Both the position numbers and the translations under genes were made by a program. From assembly GCA_964016885.1 (NCBI GenBank), contig OZ024740.1:170252001-170316000 (forward strand): DNA of 64,000 nucleotides, given 5' to 3'. Under the pieces are notes generated by a model that was not told the DNA's origin, did no database searches, and worked only from the letters and a program-made list of their open reading frames with translations. The stretch is from Eledone cirrhosa (Eukaryota). Within the stretch, counting starts at the first letter, position 1. Each line of letters starts with the position of its first letter. Below are positions 14,286 through 29,766 of the stretch, piece after piece.

Positions 14286-14743
<458 letters not shown>

Positions 14744-14804
14744 TTCTTCCGCGCACTGTGCTGTTGGTTTTGTCATTTTTGTTATTTCTGGTTTTACCTA
14801 TTAT

Positions 14805-14845
<41 letters not shown>

Positions 14846-15881
14846 TTCTAAAAAGAAGGATGCATTGAAGAATGTGGTACGTTATATTAAAAAAGACGAA
14901 CAGTCCCGATTGGAAGCCGCTCATCTTAAGTCTACAGAACTACATCTCATTGATGGTTACATAGCAATGGCTATATATTTTTCCAGCCAAAGCGTATCCC
15001 TATATGTAAGTGATTCTCAACTCTTCCTCTGATATTTACTCCATCTGTTTTATGTATTTTTATCAATTACCTCATTAGTCACATGCAAAAATATACACCA
15101 ACCTGACCTGACTGCATATGGACGTGACTTAAAAATCTATAGATATGGCCTGTGTGGGCGTATTTTATATGGATTACTTCCTCTCTACTGGACTACGTAT
15201 TTAATACATTATATTTTATATTTTTTGTGTGTATCATACGTTTTATTGTACTTCTTTTCTTTTAGCCCAATGGTAGTCATCGCACACACCTAAAATCAAA
15301 TGTCTTCAAGCAGTGACAATCCCACCTTTTGTATATTTATGCTAACATTTTGTTCTTCTATTTTTGGAATCACTACGGCGTGATTTGAGAGAGATCTAGC
15401 AGTCGGTCATCCACTGAACGTTCTGTAAATGGTAACAATTCATAACTTGGTGGACTGAGAAGTGTTGGAAAGTATTAGTACGGCAGCCACGATGAAGCAC
15501 CAATGACGCTGTATTGATTCAGTTTTCTACGACTTAATATTCCAAATGCAAACATTGAACAAGTCTTTCTGGTGTCTAAGCAGCAGAATAAACAATAAGT
15601 CAATAAGAAACCTGTCCCAAACACATTAGAGATTGCTTTTCTTCTGTTATTTCAATAAACATTACTTAAAAGACCACCTGGTGATTACTTTCATTAGTAG
15701 ATTCAGTCATTGTACGTCCATTAGATGCTCTGTCTCTGAATCTACAACAAATTAATGGCATTTTATAAAAAAAAACTTTTGCTCTTTACTTTAAGTATCT
15801 AACTATATGTATATATGGACACGTGCAAACACACAAACGCGCGCACGTACACACACATACAAACACACAAACACAGACACC

Positions 15882-15919
<38 letters not shown>

Positions 15920-15989
15920 CGCGTGTGAGTTGAGTTTTGACCGGCCACCTTCCCAGTGGCAAATTTGTAAAGAAAAAAAAATTGTCGTC

Positions 15990-17460
15990 GTCTTTTATAA
16001 ACGTTCATTCTTTGAAGTTCCAGATATTGCGGCCATTTGTAGCTTATGAATTAAGGAGCGACGTTCTTTCGCTACAAATCCAAGTTCAGTTATATTTTGT
16101 TCAAGGCAGGTTGATATATATCCTTTAGCTCCAATGATAACTGGTAGAGAAGCTGAGCGTGATTCTTGGATCTGCATTCTCGCCATCCCTGGTCCTAGAT
16201 ATCCTCCTTCTCTTAAATTGTTCTTACCATATTAACAGCAAGCGGGCAGCTGACTTCTAAAAAGGTATATGTTTTTAATGTCTGATCCCAAACAAAACAG
16301 ATTGTGTTTTAATTTAGTGGCAGTTTATACTTTTAGGCTCCACCGGTGTTTCGTTTAGCCATCAGTGTCAACTTCTTTGAACATGTTTCATTTTATTTTC
16401 GTCTTCCGTAACGCATTCAAGATCATTCTGATTATTACGTCATGCATTTTAGGGAGGTAGTAACGAGAGGATATCGTTCATATTTGTCAATAATATGGCT
16501 GACATCTTCAATCTTTGTTTTGTACAGCCGACATCTATCGTCTATTGATGAGCTTCCTCTTTTATGTAGTAGGTACTTGATGAAGATTTCTTATTCCTGG
16601 ATTGCATGGAGATATCCTTCAATGTGGGATGTTATGAACTTCGGTACACCGTATTCGGGCTCTTAGTATGGTTTATCTCCTCTATGATCTGTGTTTTTGT
16701 TTCAAGTACCCATGTACAACTTTCTCAGTGCATTCGTCGATTCATTATTCTGTTAGCGTATTGATTAGACTGCTAAAATTCCTGGGAGAGAAATTTGCAT
16801 CAGGCTTTATTTCATATCTCTCTTCTTGATCAGTGGCTATCCTAACATTTTATTAATTATTTTCATGCCTATAAACCTGGGCAAGATGGCTGTTGACCTT
16901 TTTCTTCTGTTAAATATGTTGCTTCAATGTTATTATCCGAGTCTCGTATGATGTCAATATTGATTTTCGGCCTCGGCAACCCTCTTTACGTGAGAAATAT
17001 AGCTTATCCACATCACAACTGATGTTAAAGTTTCCAGTAATACTGAGCATCTAGCGATCCCTTGCATCCATCTCTCCCAGTTCCTACAGTGCCCAATTCA
17101 ACTGTGCAAATATTGGGTTAGGATGGGCACAGCAAAAGTATTATAAGCAATGTGCTTGATGTACTCTGAGAGTTCTGATGACCGTTTTCCCTTTACTCTC
17201 CTGAGGTATTCACTCTTGCTCCCCACCTTATTTATGTATCCATTACAGCTGACATTCTCATCCTGTCCAGGCCACCTATAATTGTCACCTGACTGTTGAG
17301 GTTGTAAAGTCAACCCGTTCATTTTCAGGTTTGCAAAGGAGAGCACAAATTTCCACATTTTATTGTCGACAAATATAAATTTGGACTCACCATATTTCAT
17401 TCCAATGTCTGTAGAAAAATAGTTAATGAGGTCCATTTTTTATATGCGGTTGGCATTGAG
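15990..17460 (-). mobile_element. Old R4/Dong-like LINE, 3' half (RT end to RLE)
   Basis: FSTDIGMKYGESK and AYNTFAVPILT; the C-terminal PVIIGAKGYIS...LGF...KLQ is homologous to 43507-43722. Confidence 0.7.
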
Positions 17461-17896
17461 CCATAGAAATTCAAATTATGGTTGAGTATGTCTTCGTAGA
17501 TTGCGAATGATGTAGACTGTTTCTTATAAAGAATCGTAAGAACTAACGAAAGATGTATGGCTTTAAACTGTACTTGAGGTGATTCGGCCATATATATATA
17601 TACCTATAGTTGCTCGCACATTGCTCAGTTTGTTGTTGTTTTTTCGCTGTTTTGTTACTGTTTTCTCTTTTCTTCCCCTTTGCTTTCCTTCCCTCCTTCC
17701 TTCTTTTTCCCAATAACTTATCCAGTTATTGACGCCCTGGGCGATAGAAATATCCGAGACCTCCAGTAGACAACTGATGAGTAAAACCAAACCGCTCCCC
17801 GTTCTTGCTTTCTTCGTACTCACTGCATTTTAAGTTACCTTAAATACAAACTACACAGACATTTCTATTCTCCATATATTTCATTATATATATATC

Positions 17897-18342
<446 letters not shown>

Positions 18343-18586
18343 TTATGTACAAGTCTATATGTGTATACTTTGTGTATAATATTCTGTACACATTAAGAAG
18401 TCGAACAACATACGATCTTGGGTAAAGAATAAAGATCTCCATGAATGAAAAGGGAACCGGTTTCCTTATATGTTCTTAATATGTCATAGGAGGATAATGA
18501 TCTGAGCAGCAATTTCAGCAGTTGAGCCATTCAAATATTAATGACATATATAATGTATAAACTTACACACACACGCAAATACACAC

Positions 18587-18628
<42 letters not shown>

Positions 18629-18632
18629 CCAT

Positions 18633-18780
<148 letters not shown>

Positions 18781-19122
18781 GCGTGAGTGTGTGTATATGC
18801 ATATATGTAACCGTGTATAACAAGAAAAACAAGTTTACAAGTTTGCTGCTTGCAATAGAAAAGAGCGCATGGATCCGTGCAGTTGTCAAACTATTGCGCT
18901 AGAATAACTGTAAATGAACACATGAAAAAAATAAATGCTTGTAAATGGAAACAAGGGCAGTTGGTGCAATCTGTCATAAGAAATGAAAAAAGATATGGCA
19001 TTGACATGTCATCGACATCTTTTAAGCTCTCACTCTCTGTTTCTCTTTCTCTCTTCTCTCTATAAATATGCATAAGCACATACGTATAAACACACACCGC
19101 ATATATATATATTATATATATA

Positions 19123-19162
19123 TTTATTAAAATAACAGATTAGTCTTCAAATTTATTATTAT

Positions 19163-19166
<4 letters not shown>
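19123..19166. mobile_element. Minimal family B insertion (only the two termini)
   Basis: TTTATTAAAATAACAGATT (end A, minus) is fused to TTAGTCTTCAAATTTATTATTATTACT (end B, plus) within (TA)n. Confidence 0.75.
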
Positions 19167-19230
<64 letters not shown>

Positions 19231-19664
19231 GTATATAGATATAGATATATGTGTGTGTGTATTTGTGTGTGTGTGAAATAAATCTATATCTGCACATACG
19301 ACTAATAGATATAATCGTGACTTCATAAATGTATATATTTATATGCACATTGGCGCTTTCTCGCTTACCTTATAAATTTATCATGTATTTTAACTGCTTA
19401 GTGCAAACCTTAATGTATATCTTAATTGACTATCAACAACCATGCTAATGATATGTAAGTTAGTACGTCCATTTCAGGATACTACTATAAGTGATAAAGT
19501 ATAAAAGCCCCTCCATGTCGTATTTCCTTGTGGTTATTTAGATATTATATATACCTTCTAAAAGAAGACCTACTTGCTTTGAAAACCGGTCAAAACTTTA
19601 TATACCCAAATTTTTACACTTTTATTCATTGTCAAAAACGTGCGTTTAAACTGTCAACTCCCGG

Positions 19665-19756
<92 letters not shown>

Positions 19757-19761
19757 TTATA

Positions 19762-19842
<81 letters not shown>

Positions 19843-19936
19843 GTGGAACACTGGAAGGTAATATCCGTAATGGTAGAGCACTCCGTCCAAGAGACGAGTT
19901 AGTTAGAAGTGGTTACACAACAGTTAGTTCACCATA

Positions 19937-19976
19937 CCGGGAACAATTGTTTCACCTTCGCGGATCTTCAGCTCGG
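19937..19976 (-). ncRNA. Type I hammerhead ribozyme
   Basis: ccgag CTGAAGA tcc gcgaa ggt GAAA caattg TT cccgg. Confidence 0.72.
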
Positions 19977-20618
19977 GATGTGTATGGTTATGGGAATAGG
20001 AAGGACAACCGTACGAACGCGCATGCGCAGAAACACGGTCACTTCACGCAGGCAATACTAGACTGCGTGCGGGGGGGGGGGTGTAAGGGAGATAACTGCG
20101 AAAGTCCGGAAAGTTTTTTGGTTGAAAATAAAATTGAAAAAAATGAAAAATAAAAATAAAATTGCAAAGAATCAGTCCGGAGCCTTGTAGTTATGCAATA
20201 GATGTTTGGTGACGTGTGGACAACATGTGAAAAATTTACTCCTCGTGTTTAGGCAATCACTATTGCGTAATTTCTTTAGGTAACTTTTGACGAACGAATA
20301 ACTATCCTAAAGAGAGACTTTTGACGAACGAACGCAATAGTGATTGCCTAAACACGAGAAGTGAATTTTTCACACGTCGTCCACACATCACCAAACATCT
20401 ATTGCATAACTACAAGGCTCCGGACTGATTCTTTGCAATTTTATTTTTATTTTTCATTTTTTTAAATTTTATTTTCAACCAAAAAACTTTCCGGACTTTC
20501 GCAGTTATCTCCCTTACACCCCCCGCACGCAGTCTAGTATTGCCTGTGTGAAGTGATCGATTTTCTGCGCATGCGCGTTCGTACGGTTGTCCTTCCTGTT
20601 CCTATAAGCATACACATC

Positions 20619-20658
20619 CCGAGCTGAAGATCCGCGAAGGTGAAACAATTGTTCTCGG
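20619..20658 (+). ncRNA. Type I hammerhead ribozyme
   Basis: ccgag CTGAAGA tcc gcgaa ggt GAAA caattg TT ctcgg. Perfect stem I; stem III is the palindrome ACAATTGT. Confidence 0.78.
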
Positions 20659-20686
20659 TATGGTGAACTAACTGTTGTGTAACCAC

Positions 20687-20737
<51 letters not shown>

Positions 20738-21441
20738 AGGTGACCACAAAAACAATGAGCTTGGTTATCGCATTGATTTTTGCCGAGCAATAAAAGGAGC
20801 ACACATGAGTGTCTATGATGTCAAACAATACCACATGATACCTTGTTAGTTTATAAAATTGTAGCCACTAATATTGTAAGAGTATGCATTTTTTGTTTTC
20901 TTATTATAAGTATTTGAAATCAATGAGTTATTTTTGTGGTCAGCCTGTTTATATACGAAAAGAAGACTTTATTGCCCCAACAAGTCTATTCACTATCAAT
21001 AACTACTCTAAATATACATACATATACATTACACATATATACACTCTATACATATAATATATACACACACACACACATATATATATATATGTGTGTGTGT
21101 GTGTGTATCATATGTATATAGTGTTACCTCAACACTTAATTTTAAATCTTTAGTTTTTAATAGTTATTAATTCCTTTTAATTGTAATACTCAAAAGTTGA
21201 TAAGATGAATTTTACTAATAAATCGAAACCAGTTATACTTTTTATACTTTATATACTTTTTATACTTTATATACTTTTTATACCTTATATACTTTTTATA
21301 CATTATATACTTTTTATACTTTATATACATTATAAAACTCTTTTTTTAAAGAATTGTCCCTCTCATTTTTTTAATAATGTCAATTTGACGAATCCAAGAA
21401 AGGGGAAAAAGAGAAAAACAGAGCCATTTTCCGTGCTATTT

Positions 21442-21724
<283 letters not shown>

Positions 21725-21765
21725 CGAAACATAAGTCAATTGCATGAACTCATAATCCTTTATTT

Positions 21766-21821
21766 ACTGCTATATATATTTCGATGATAGCCATTGAATG
21801 ACTATGACCTCATCAGGCAGT
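21766..21821 (-). ncRNA. Type I hammerhead ribozyme in a short (TA)n-flanked insert (21721-21885)
   Basis: actgc CTGATGA ggtcatagtcattcaatggctatcatc GAAA tatata TA gcagt, followed by AATAAA. Confidence 0.82.
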
Positions 21822-21894
21822 TAGTCAGTTCTTAGATATGCCAGGTCTGTGTTTATGGTGTTGATGGTATCAGAGCCTTGGGACATATATATAT

Positions 21895-22230
<336 letters not shown>

Positions 22231-22242
22231 TATATACACATA

Positions 22243-22296
22243 TTTCGTTTCGGAAATTTGTTTAGCAAGATTCTTTATCTGAAAACGTGTGTTGAA

Positions 22297-22354
<58 letters not shown>

Positions 22355-22414
22355 TTTCTGAATATTTGTTTAGCAAGATTCTTTATCTGAAAACGTGTGT
22401 TGAAACCGATATTG
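22243..22414 (-). mobile_element. Two copies of the Naiad-like (family C) tail separated by (TA)n
   Basis: TTTGTTTAGCAAGATTCTTTATCTGAAAACGTGTGTTGAAACCGATAT occurs twice and matches 49209-49268. Confidence 0.75.
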
Positions 22415-23692
22415 TAGGACCGTCAAATACGCAAATCAGAACTCAGATGCACCCAGAAGAAACGCAACATAATCATTGAATGCCTTATATGTAAATAAAA
22501 CACTCAGAAAACAAACCCAACTAAAAACAAAACATCTATTGGATAAGACGATCCAATTCCAAACACGTATCTCATATATTTCTTTTTGTATTTGTAGCAC
22601 GATTTCATTAAAAACATATTAACTTATTGCAATACAAAATGTCCAGCAATAATCTGTATAATATTCATGGCGAAAATGAAACAAAAAAGAAAGGAATATA
22701 AGAAAAAATAGTAAGAGAAAAGGAATTAAGAAAGAAAGGGAGAGGTGGGGACACTAACAAACTCTACATCCGAGTCTGAGCGGTGTTTCAGCTGCACAAC
22801 GTGGATAAAATGGCAACTGTATTGCCCATGAGAATGGCCAACATACCGCTACACGAACAGCCTCTACACCTCATCAGTCTCCTCTCTCAAGCAGGCTGAA
22901 GTCTTTCCGATTTTACGAAGGGAATCAGCAGCACGAGGCCGAGAACACCCTAAGACGTGAAGGCGACTGTTACGAAAGTAATCGGTGCTTATAGAAATAT
23001 ACAGTCACGCGAAGCTTTCATCAATGGTTTCAACACACTGTCACCAGAATCTGGTGATACACGAAAACACTGGAACTATCAAGAACTTAGCAGACATGTT
23101 GGCCTTAACAATAAAATGTTAAATTATCATACAAGAATTAACATTCGTAGTTATAGTAATGAGATATGTAAATATATCTAATAGCAAGAACAGAAACACG
23201 TGTTTGCTCGCGCGTCTGTGTCTGTATAAGTGTGTGTTTGAGTGCAATGAGTATGTGTAGCGCATATGTGTCTGGTGTATGTATGTGGTGTGTGGTTTGT
23301 GTGTGTGTGTTTGTGTGTGTCTATGAATGTCAGATGTTTGTGTTTGTGAAGTGTATATGGTGTGTGTGTGTTGTTTTGTGAATGTATGTATTTGCAATAT
23401 GATCTATTTTATTACATTTTGAGTTTCTGCCTGTCGAGTACACATAGGAATTTATGATCAGATAGTATCTTTGTTTCTGTTTATTTACACAGAAATCGGT
23501 AATATATACAAATATAGTATTTTTAGTATATATTTATTTCAATATGTTGCTTCGTTTCATTTTCAATATCATTACTTTAAATATAATCTCATTCCTCAAT
23601 AGTGAACTCTTTCACTAAACACGTGGGAAGAAAAGTATTCTCAGTGAAAATCTGAAATAATAATCCACATAATTGGTGTTTATACATATATA

Positions 23693-23755
23693 TAGTTTCA
23701 GAAGATCCCGTTAAGGGGGAAAGCAGCGATTCTTTGCTTAAAGTTTAATCTGTTA

Positions 23756-23762
<7 letters not shown>
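23693..23762 (+). mobile_element. Family B 3' end with HHR-like motif
   Basis: agttt CAGAAGA tcccgttaagggg GAAA gcagcgattctttgc TT aaagtttaatctgttattttaat then (AT)n. Confidence 0.75.
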
Positions 23763-23816
<54 letters not shown>

Positions 23817-24233
23817 TTTCTCTCGACTGACCTCTTCCTCGCATTTCCACTCACCCACTCTCTGTTTCTCCCCTTCTCACTTCCTCCCGTTTGGCTAGTA
23901 GTGGGTTCTCTTCTTGCTCACATCTCACTCACGTCGGACGGTCTGTATCTTGATCGCTCATGAAATCCACCCAGCTTATGCTGACCGGATAACCATGTTG
24001 CTTGTTTATTCCCATTTTTGCGTTGCTTCATTCTTCTATGTTGTTTACTTGTCTCACTCGCTTTACGCGATTTACTTGTCCCAATAGCTTTTTTTAGTTA
24101 TTGCTCGCACCAACCTGAGGTATATGATTTTTAATGCGAGGAAATATCAATGATGGTTGGCAAATCACTGACGAAGGACTAATTTTATACTATGTAACCC
24201 ATGTGCAACCACGCAGTATTCTTCTTTATTCTC

Positions 24234-24291
<58 letters not shown>

Positions 24292-24493
24292 ATTTCCTGT
24301 CAGCATGACTTGGCAAGCTATTTAGAACACTGGTTTAACCGCTTTACTTCCCCCCGAAGAAGAGATATTATATCGAAAATTAAGGACATTTTAATAAATC
24401 TATGGTAAAAGACTAATTGTCAACAATATCTTTTGCATTCGCATTTTTTATTCTATGTCCATACCTGCATTGTTTGGCTTTACAAATTCAAAC

Positions 24494-24527
<34 letters not shown>

Positions 24528-24530
<3 letters not shown>

Positions 24531-24745
24531 TAATAGTAATAAATGGAAAATATCACTATAGCATCATATTTATTTTATTATACGTATTATATCAAATTAT
24601 GGTATGCTTTCATCAGATAAAATACAATATTTGATGTATAAGATAGTGACATACCCAAATTATAAACTTCCATCGTGGGCATGTGAAATAAAATCTCAAA
24701 ATTTCATAGGATATAACTTAATAGTGATATATTAAACATTGTTTA
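24528..24745 (-). mobile_element. Decayed family F pLTR; hammerhead with stem II 3' side and GAAA deleted
   Basis: AAATTATGGTATGCTTTCATCAGATAAAATA matches 14021-14051. Confidence 0.55.
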
Positions 24746-24769
24746 TATATATATATATACTCTGAGGTT

Positions 24770-25492
24770 TCATGCCAAGTGCTGCACTGCTGGAAAGAAA
24801 ATCAGCGCTTGAAGACTGGGACACCCGTCCCCTCAAGGAAGCATGTGCAATGCACTCTACGTGTGAATGGAGATCCATTGAACCAGGTGGAGATGTTCAA
24901 GTATCTCAGGGCCTTGTTCACAAGTGATGAAAGGCAGGAGGCAGAATTAAGTGCGATAATTGCAGAAGCTGGTGCAGTAATGCGCCAGCTTTAGCATTCA
25001 GTAATAAAAATGGAGGTAGGTATAAAAGCCAAACTCACTATCTTCAATTTGGTATTCGTGTCGAGCCTTTCCTGTGGTCATAAATATGAGGTAACACTCG
25101 AAGTGGCCGAAATGGGGTTTCTCGATAGAGTGCGCAGCTCGGGATCAGAGAGTCACTCCATGTAGAGCAGCTATTTCTTCGAATTGAAAGATCACAGCTC
25201 CGATACTATGGGCATGTGTTTAGAATGTCTCAGGAAAGAATCGCTAGACAGCTTTTACGGGCAAAACCAACCGGCAGGAGACCCAGAGGCAGACCCCGCG
25301 CAAGATGGTTGGATAACATCCATGAGCCTGATTGGTCTTGTTTTGGAATCCAGCCGAATCAGTTGGAGACGGTTGCTTCTGACAGCATCCGCTGGAAGGA
25401 GGGTTTGAGGACTCTGACCCCACGACTCTTCCAAGAAGAAGAAGAAGAAGAAGAAGAAGAAGAAGAAGAAGAAGAAGAAGAAGAAGAAGAAG
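24770..25492 (+). mobile_element. RTE LINE 3' part with (GAA)n tail
   Basis: LNQVEMFKYL and RMSQERIARQLLRAKPTGRRPRGRPRARWLD; ends in (GAA)n. Confidence 0.85.
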
Positions 25493-26184
25493 ATATATGA
25501 ATATGGAAGGAATTTCACAATAACAAAAGAAAAGAAAAACAAAGAGAGAGAACAATAAAAAAAAATAAGCAAAACAAAACACAAATAAAATATTGATATC
25601 CTACGTCAGTTGGTGGATGATTGAGGTGGTTTCGATCAGTAGGGCAGCATCGCTACTGGTAACAAGTGTTTCAGTAGTTATAGATAAATACATATTGAGA
25701 TCGATATAAAGAAGTAAAGAAAGCAAAATTACGACAGATTATTAAACAACTACATATAGAAATGTCTTGTGTCTAATGCGAAAGAACGCAGTGACATTTA
25801 CTTGAAATACATAAGTAACAAGGTCGCTCAATTGTAAGGCTTTGTAGGAATGTAAAGCAGGAAAAGTAGTTATTTTGAACATTGTTCTTAGAACGACTCG
25901 GGAGAGAGAAAGAGGGTGAAAGAGGGAGAGCTAGAAAGATATATACTGTAGATATATAGACAAATAGAGATAGATAGATAGATAGATAGAAGGAGAGAGA
26001 GAGTGAGAGAGAAAGAGAGAGTGAAAGAGAGAGCAAGAAAGATATACTGATATATAGACAGACAGATAGAGATAGATAGAGAGAGAGATAGAGATAGAGA
26101 GATAGATAGAGAGAGGGTGGGGAGAACGTTTTGAGATCGCATGGGCAGCTGATGTTAGAAATGAGTAATAATAATTTTTTTTTT

Positions 26185-26345
26185 TTTCTACTTTTAGCAC
26201 AAGGCCAGCGATTACCCCAGTGCACAACTGGTACTTTATTTTATCGACCTCGTAAGGATGAAAGGCAAAGTTAACCTCGGCGGATTTGAACTCAGAACGC
26301 AAAGGGCCATGACTATGCTGCAAAACATGGTGTCTGAATGCGAAA
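26185..26345 (-). mobile_element. tRNA-derived SINE (Nin/Deu-domain type)
   Basis: Reverse complement of GTTCAAATCC...GCCTTTCATCCTTACG...TCGATAAAATAAAGTACCAG; multi-copy in this window. Confidence 0.8.
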
Positions 26346-27060
26346 AAAAAAGTCACTCAGTGGCGATAAAATGTAACGTCAAACCCTGTGGGATTTGAAC
26401 TCTGATCAGAATAGGATGTAATTAATACTACAAGTCATTTTGTCTATTGCTCTACCGATTCTGTTAACTTACAGCTTTTATAGTTATTGATGAAGACGAG
26501 AAGGATGATGATGTTAATGATGATGATGACTGTGATGATGATGATGATGATGATGACTGTGATGATGATGATGATAACTGTGATGATGATGATGATGGTT
26601 AAAGTACTCGTAACTTCAGTAATATTATTTCGTGTATGGGATTCATCATTCAACAGTCGCACCCAAACGATAAGGCGGTAACGTACTTTCCTTACGTCAG
26701 AAGTCTGATTATAAATCATGACGTCAGCAAGTGTCGAGTGCTTCAAGCTTCCTCTCTCTCTCTCTTGGAGCTGGTTTATATTCTGTATTCGGTCTTTGCT
26801 TTATTCTGTGTGTGAACATTACTGTATTTGTATTGCTGGTGAGAGATTTGCCATTTACATCAACACACGCATTTCCTATCCTTTTACTTTTCTCTCGTGG
26901 CATGAGAAATTAACGAAATATAAAACTTAAGGAAGAACCCCCCCCCCCAGTATTGAAAGCACATGTTGTTGTTGTTGTCATTGCTATTGTTGTTGTTGTT
27001 GTGTCTGCTGCAGCAGCACTAGTAGTAGTAGTGGTAGTAGTAGTAGTAGTAGTAGTACTG

Positions 27061-27093
<33 letters not shown>

Positions 27094-27142
27094 ATTCATG
27101 CTTGCTGTGTCTTGAAGTTGTTTTATATTCTGTTACCCCGTC

Positions 27143-27230
<88 letters not shown>

Positions 27231-27564
27231 CGAGTGAAGTATAATGTATTTAGCTGACAAATTAGCCCTGAAATTTACCTTTCCAATTTTAACTAAGTGG
27301 TGACGTTAAATGGAACGACGGATTTAGTCTATCAAACGTAACTGTCCCTCCGATGAGTTTTCATACAATTTCCGTCTAACATTAGGTTGTGATCAAACCA
27401 AAACTATGAGAGAAGGGATTTACTCGAGGTGATATGCAATGGGATTGTATCCGAAATCACACAGATGCTATTTGAATTTCTTAACAGTTTTGAAAACAAA
27501 CTTCCTGAAACCGCTTCTAGTTGTATGAAATATAATCAGTCATATTTAAGGATTCCTATTTAAT

Positions 27565-28255
27565 AATGATTTCATTTATTGGCCACAAGAGCCGACATAT
27601 AGGAGACAATACAAAAGACTGGGACAGTGGGGGTTTACATATATATATAACGTGTAAACAATATAAATAACAATAACAAAGTAACAATAAAATACAAGAA
27701 AAATTCCCCAATGACCACCTAGGGTTCAGTCAGGTACACCACCAATCCTGAACGATCCGACGCTTAGAGAGCACTCTGGAAGGGCACCCCTCTCCTCCTC
27801 AAATTTAGCCACCTACAGGCGCATGATCAGAGTAGACCCACTCGCTTGGGCCATTCTCCCCACATTCACCCACCTTTCAGCAAATGTACTGGGGGGAAAC
27901 ACTTCTCTCTCCACCCTCACCTTCCTTTCCAAGTGAAACTTGAAAAAGTTGATGAGGGATTGACCGAAGGGAAAAATGTCTATCTTCAGTCCTTTCAACC
28001 TAGTCCACCATACAACCTCTTTCGCTACTGCCACCAGACAGAGGAAAATTGCCTGCCCTTCCCGGCCAAAAGAAGGCGGCGGGTTGATCTTCACTATGGA
28101 CTCGGCCGATAGCCGGATCCGTTCTACACGCGACAACAGCTGTTCGACATAACTCCACAAATCAGTAATGCACAGACACTGGACGAGTGCGTGCAGAACG
28201 GTTTCGTTGCTCTGCGCGCATCTCGAGCAGGTCCGTCTGACAGCACTTCCGTGCC
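27565..28255 (-). mobile_element. L1/Tx1-like LINE 3' fragment (CCHC finger and 3' UTR)
   Basis: Minus strand CSRCAQSNETVLHALVQC...LWSYVEQLL...KEVVWWTR...FAERW, followed by AATAAA. Confidence 0.7.
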
Positions 28256-28329
28256 TGATTCCTATTTAATAATAAAATCTTCCAGCATAATTTGAAAGAG
28301 TATTTTGATAAGTTAGGTTATAAATACCA

Positions 28330-28636
28330 TCATAATAATGATTTCTAGTATAGACGATTAAATCGACCCTAGTACGTTACTGGTGCTTTATTTTATCGAC
28401 CCCGTAAGGATGAAAGGCAAAGTTAACCTCGGCGGGATTTGAACTCAGACCGTAAAGGACCGTAACTCTATGCTGCAAAGCGTGGTGTCCAACTCTCTAC
28501 CGATAAAATACCATCATAATAATTGTTTCTACTTTTGGCTCAAGGCCAGCAATTACCCAGTGCATTATTGGTACTTTATTTTATCGATCTCGTAAGGATG
28601 AAAGGCAAAGTTAACCTTGGCGGGATTTGAACTCAA
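28330..28636 (-). mobile_element. Two tandem SINE copies (Nin-domain type)
   Basis: Same core sequence as the other SINE copies. Confidence 0.8.
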
Positions 28637-29134
28637 ATACCATCATAATAATGATATAATTATTAATTTTTGTAACTTTCCCAAAATTGTCGTTAATTAA
28701 TTCAAATAGAGTGTATTTCATTACAATTACTAGCAGAAAAACCGCCTTTTCGGGTGGTTTTCTGCTAGCATGTGTAGTGTGTATATTGATATTATACGCA
28801 GGTACATATACATGTAGATATGATACATCAAATAAAATCGTAATTGACAATATATAATACATAGAAATTGAACGAAGACTGCGTTACACTGTCTTATTTA
28901 ATCAGTAACGTAATCCATGATACATTAAAATAGACGATATTATATATCAACTGCATTAGGAGAAAATTAGTGACAGATAATTAGTATGTTTATTTAAACG
29001 ATGGCCAACAGGAAGTGTTGACATTTTAGAAATTTTAAAGAAGTGAATCTTTAAATAAACAAAATATATTTAATCAACAGCCACGAAATTTAGTAGATAA
29101 ATTATGCAATATTCATTCATTATTTATTCAAAAG

Positions 29135-29325
29135 GTGGTGGATTGGCAGTATTGGTAGAGGGTCGGACGCCATGCTTTGACGCATAGAGTTACGGCCCTT
29201 GCCATTCTGAGTTCAAATCCCGCCGAGGTTAATTTTGCCTTTCATCCTTACGGGGTCGATAAAATAAAGTACCAGTAATACACTTGATAATTGCTGGCCT
29301 TGTGCCTAACGTAGAAACAATTATT
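29135..29325 (+). mobile_element. tRNA-derived SINE, full length
   Basis: A-box-like TGGCAGTATTGG, B-box GAGTTCAAATCC, Nin-like core and ATT tail. Confidence 0.85.
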
Positions 29326-29766
29326 TATTCAAAGTAATCCAACTTATTTTACAAACGGGATAGAAAAATAAATAAACCGTACGCAATCCCGCAGACCTTC
29401 CTTTATTATAGTTTAGATGATAACGAAAGGGTTAACTACATAACCACACATCTATCTGCTTAACGTTACCTATTTCAACTAGACCAGTTTCAGAATAGAC
29501 ACCTCTGAGCTCTTCATTGCTTCTCCTCCTTGCTCGGTTACCTATCAATAAAAATGTGGAAACTGGAATTTACGGATGATAGAATGTACTTAGATAACGT
29601 GAAAAATCAATGTCCGTGAAAATTGTTATTACATACATGTCATCGATTATGTTATTATTTTTGAAATTGTTGATTTACACAATTGATTTGGCACAGTAAA
29701 TTTTTTTATTCATATGATAAACAATTATGTGATATGTTTTATGGCGTAATTTCTATCCTTTCAACA

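Larger units (their letters stand above)
13883..14289. mobile_element. Fold-back PLE pLTR derivative (family F) with two canonical hammerheads
   Basis: Arms 13942-14099 and 14132-14289 are inverted repeats. There is an extra ~60-bp tail on the left only, and (TA)n on both flanks. Confidence 0.85.
19839..20690. mobile_element. Fold-back PLE pLTR derivative (family D) with ~360-bp arms and two hammerheads
   Basis: 19904-20268 is inverted to ~20331-20690, with a ~65-bp tail at 19839-19903 and (TA)n on both sides. Confidence 0.88.

Noticed and set aside
17774-17800. CTGATGA (also CTGACGA at ~24168 and weak motifs near 3230, 19560 and 55560) as hammerheads
   Set aside because: Stems or the GAAA half are missing; at best decayed copies.
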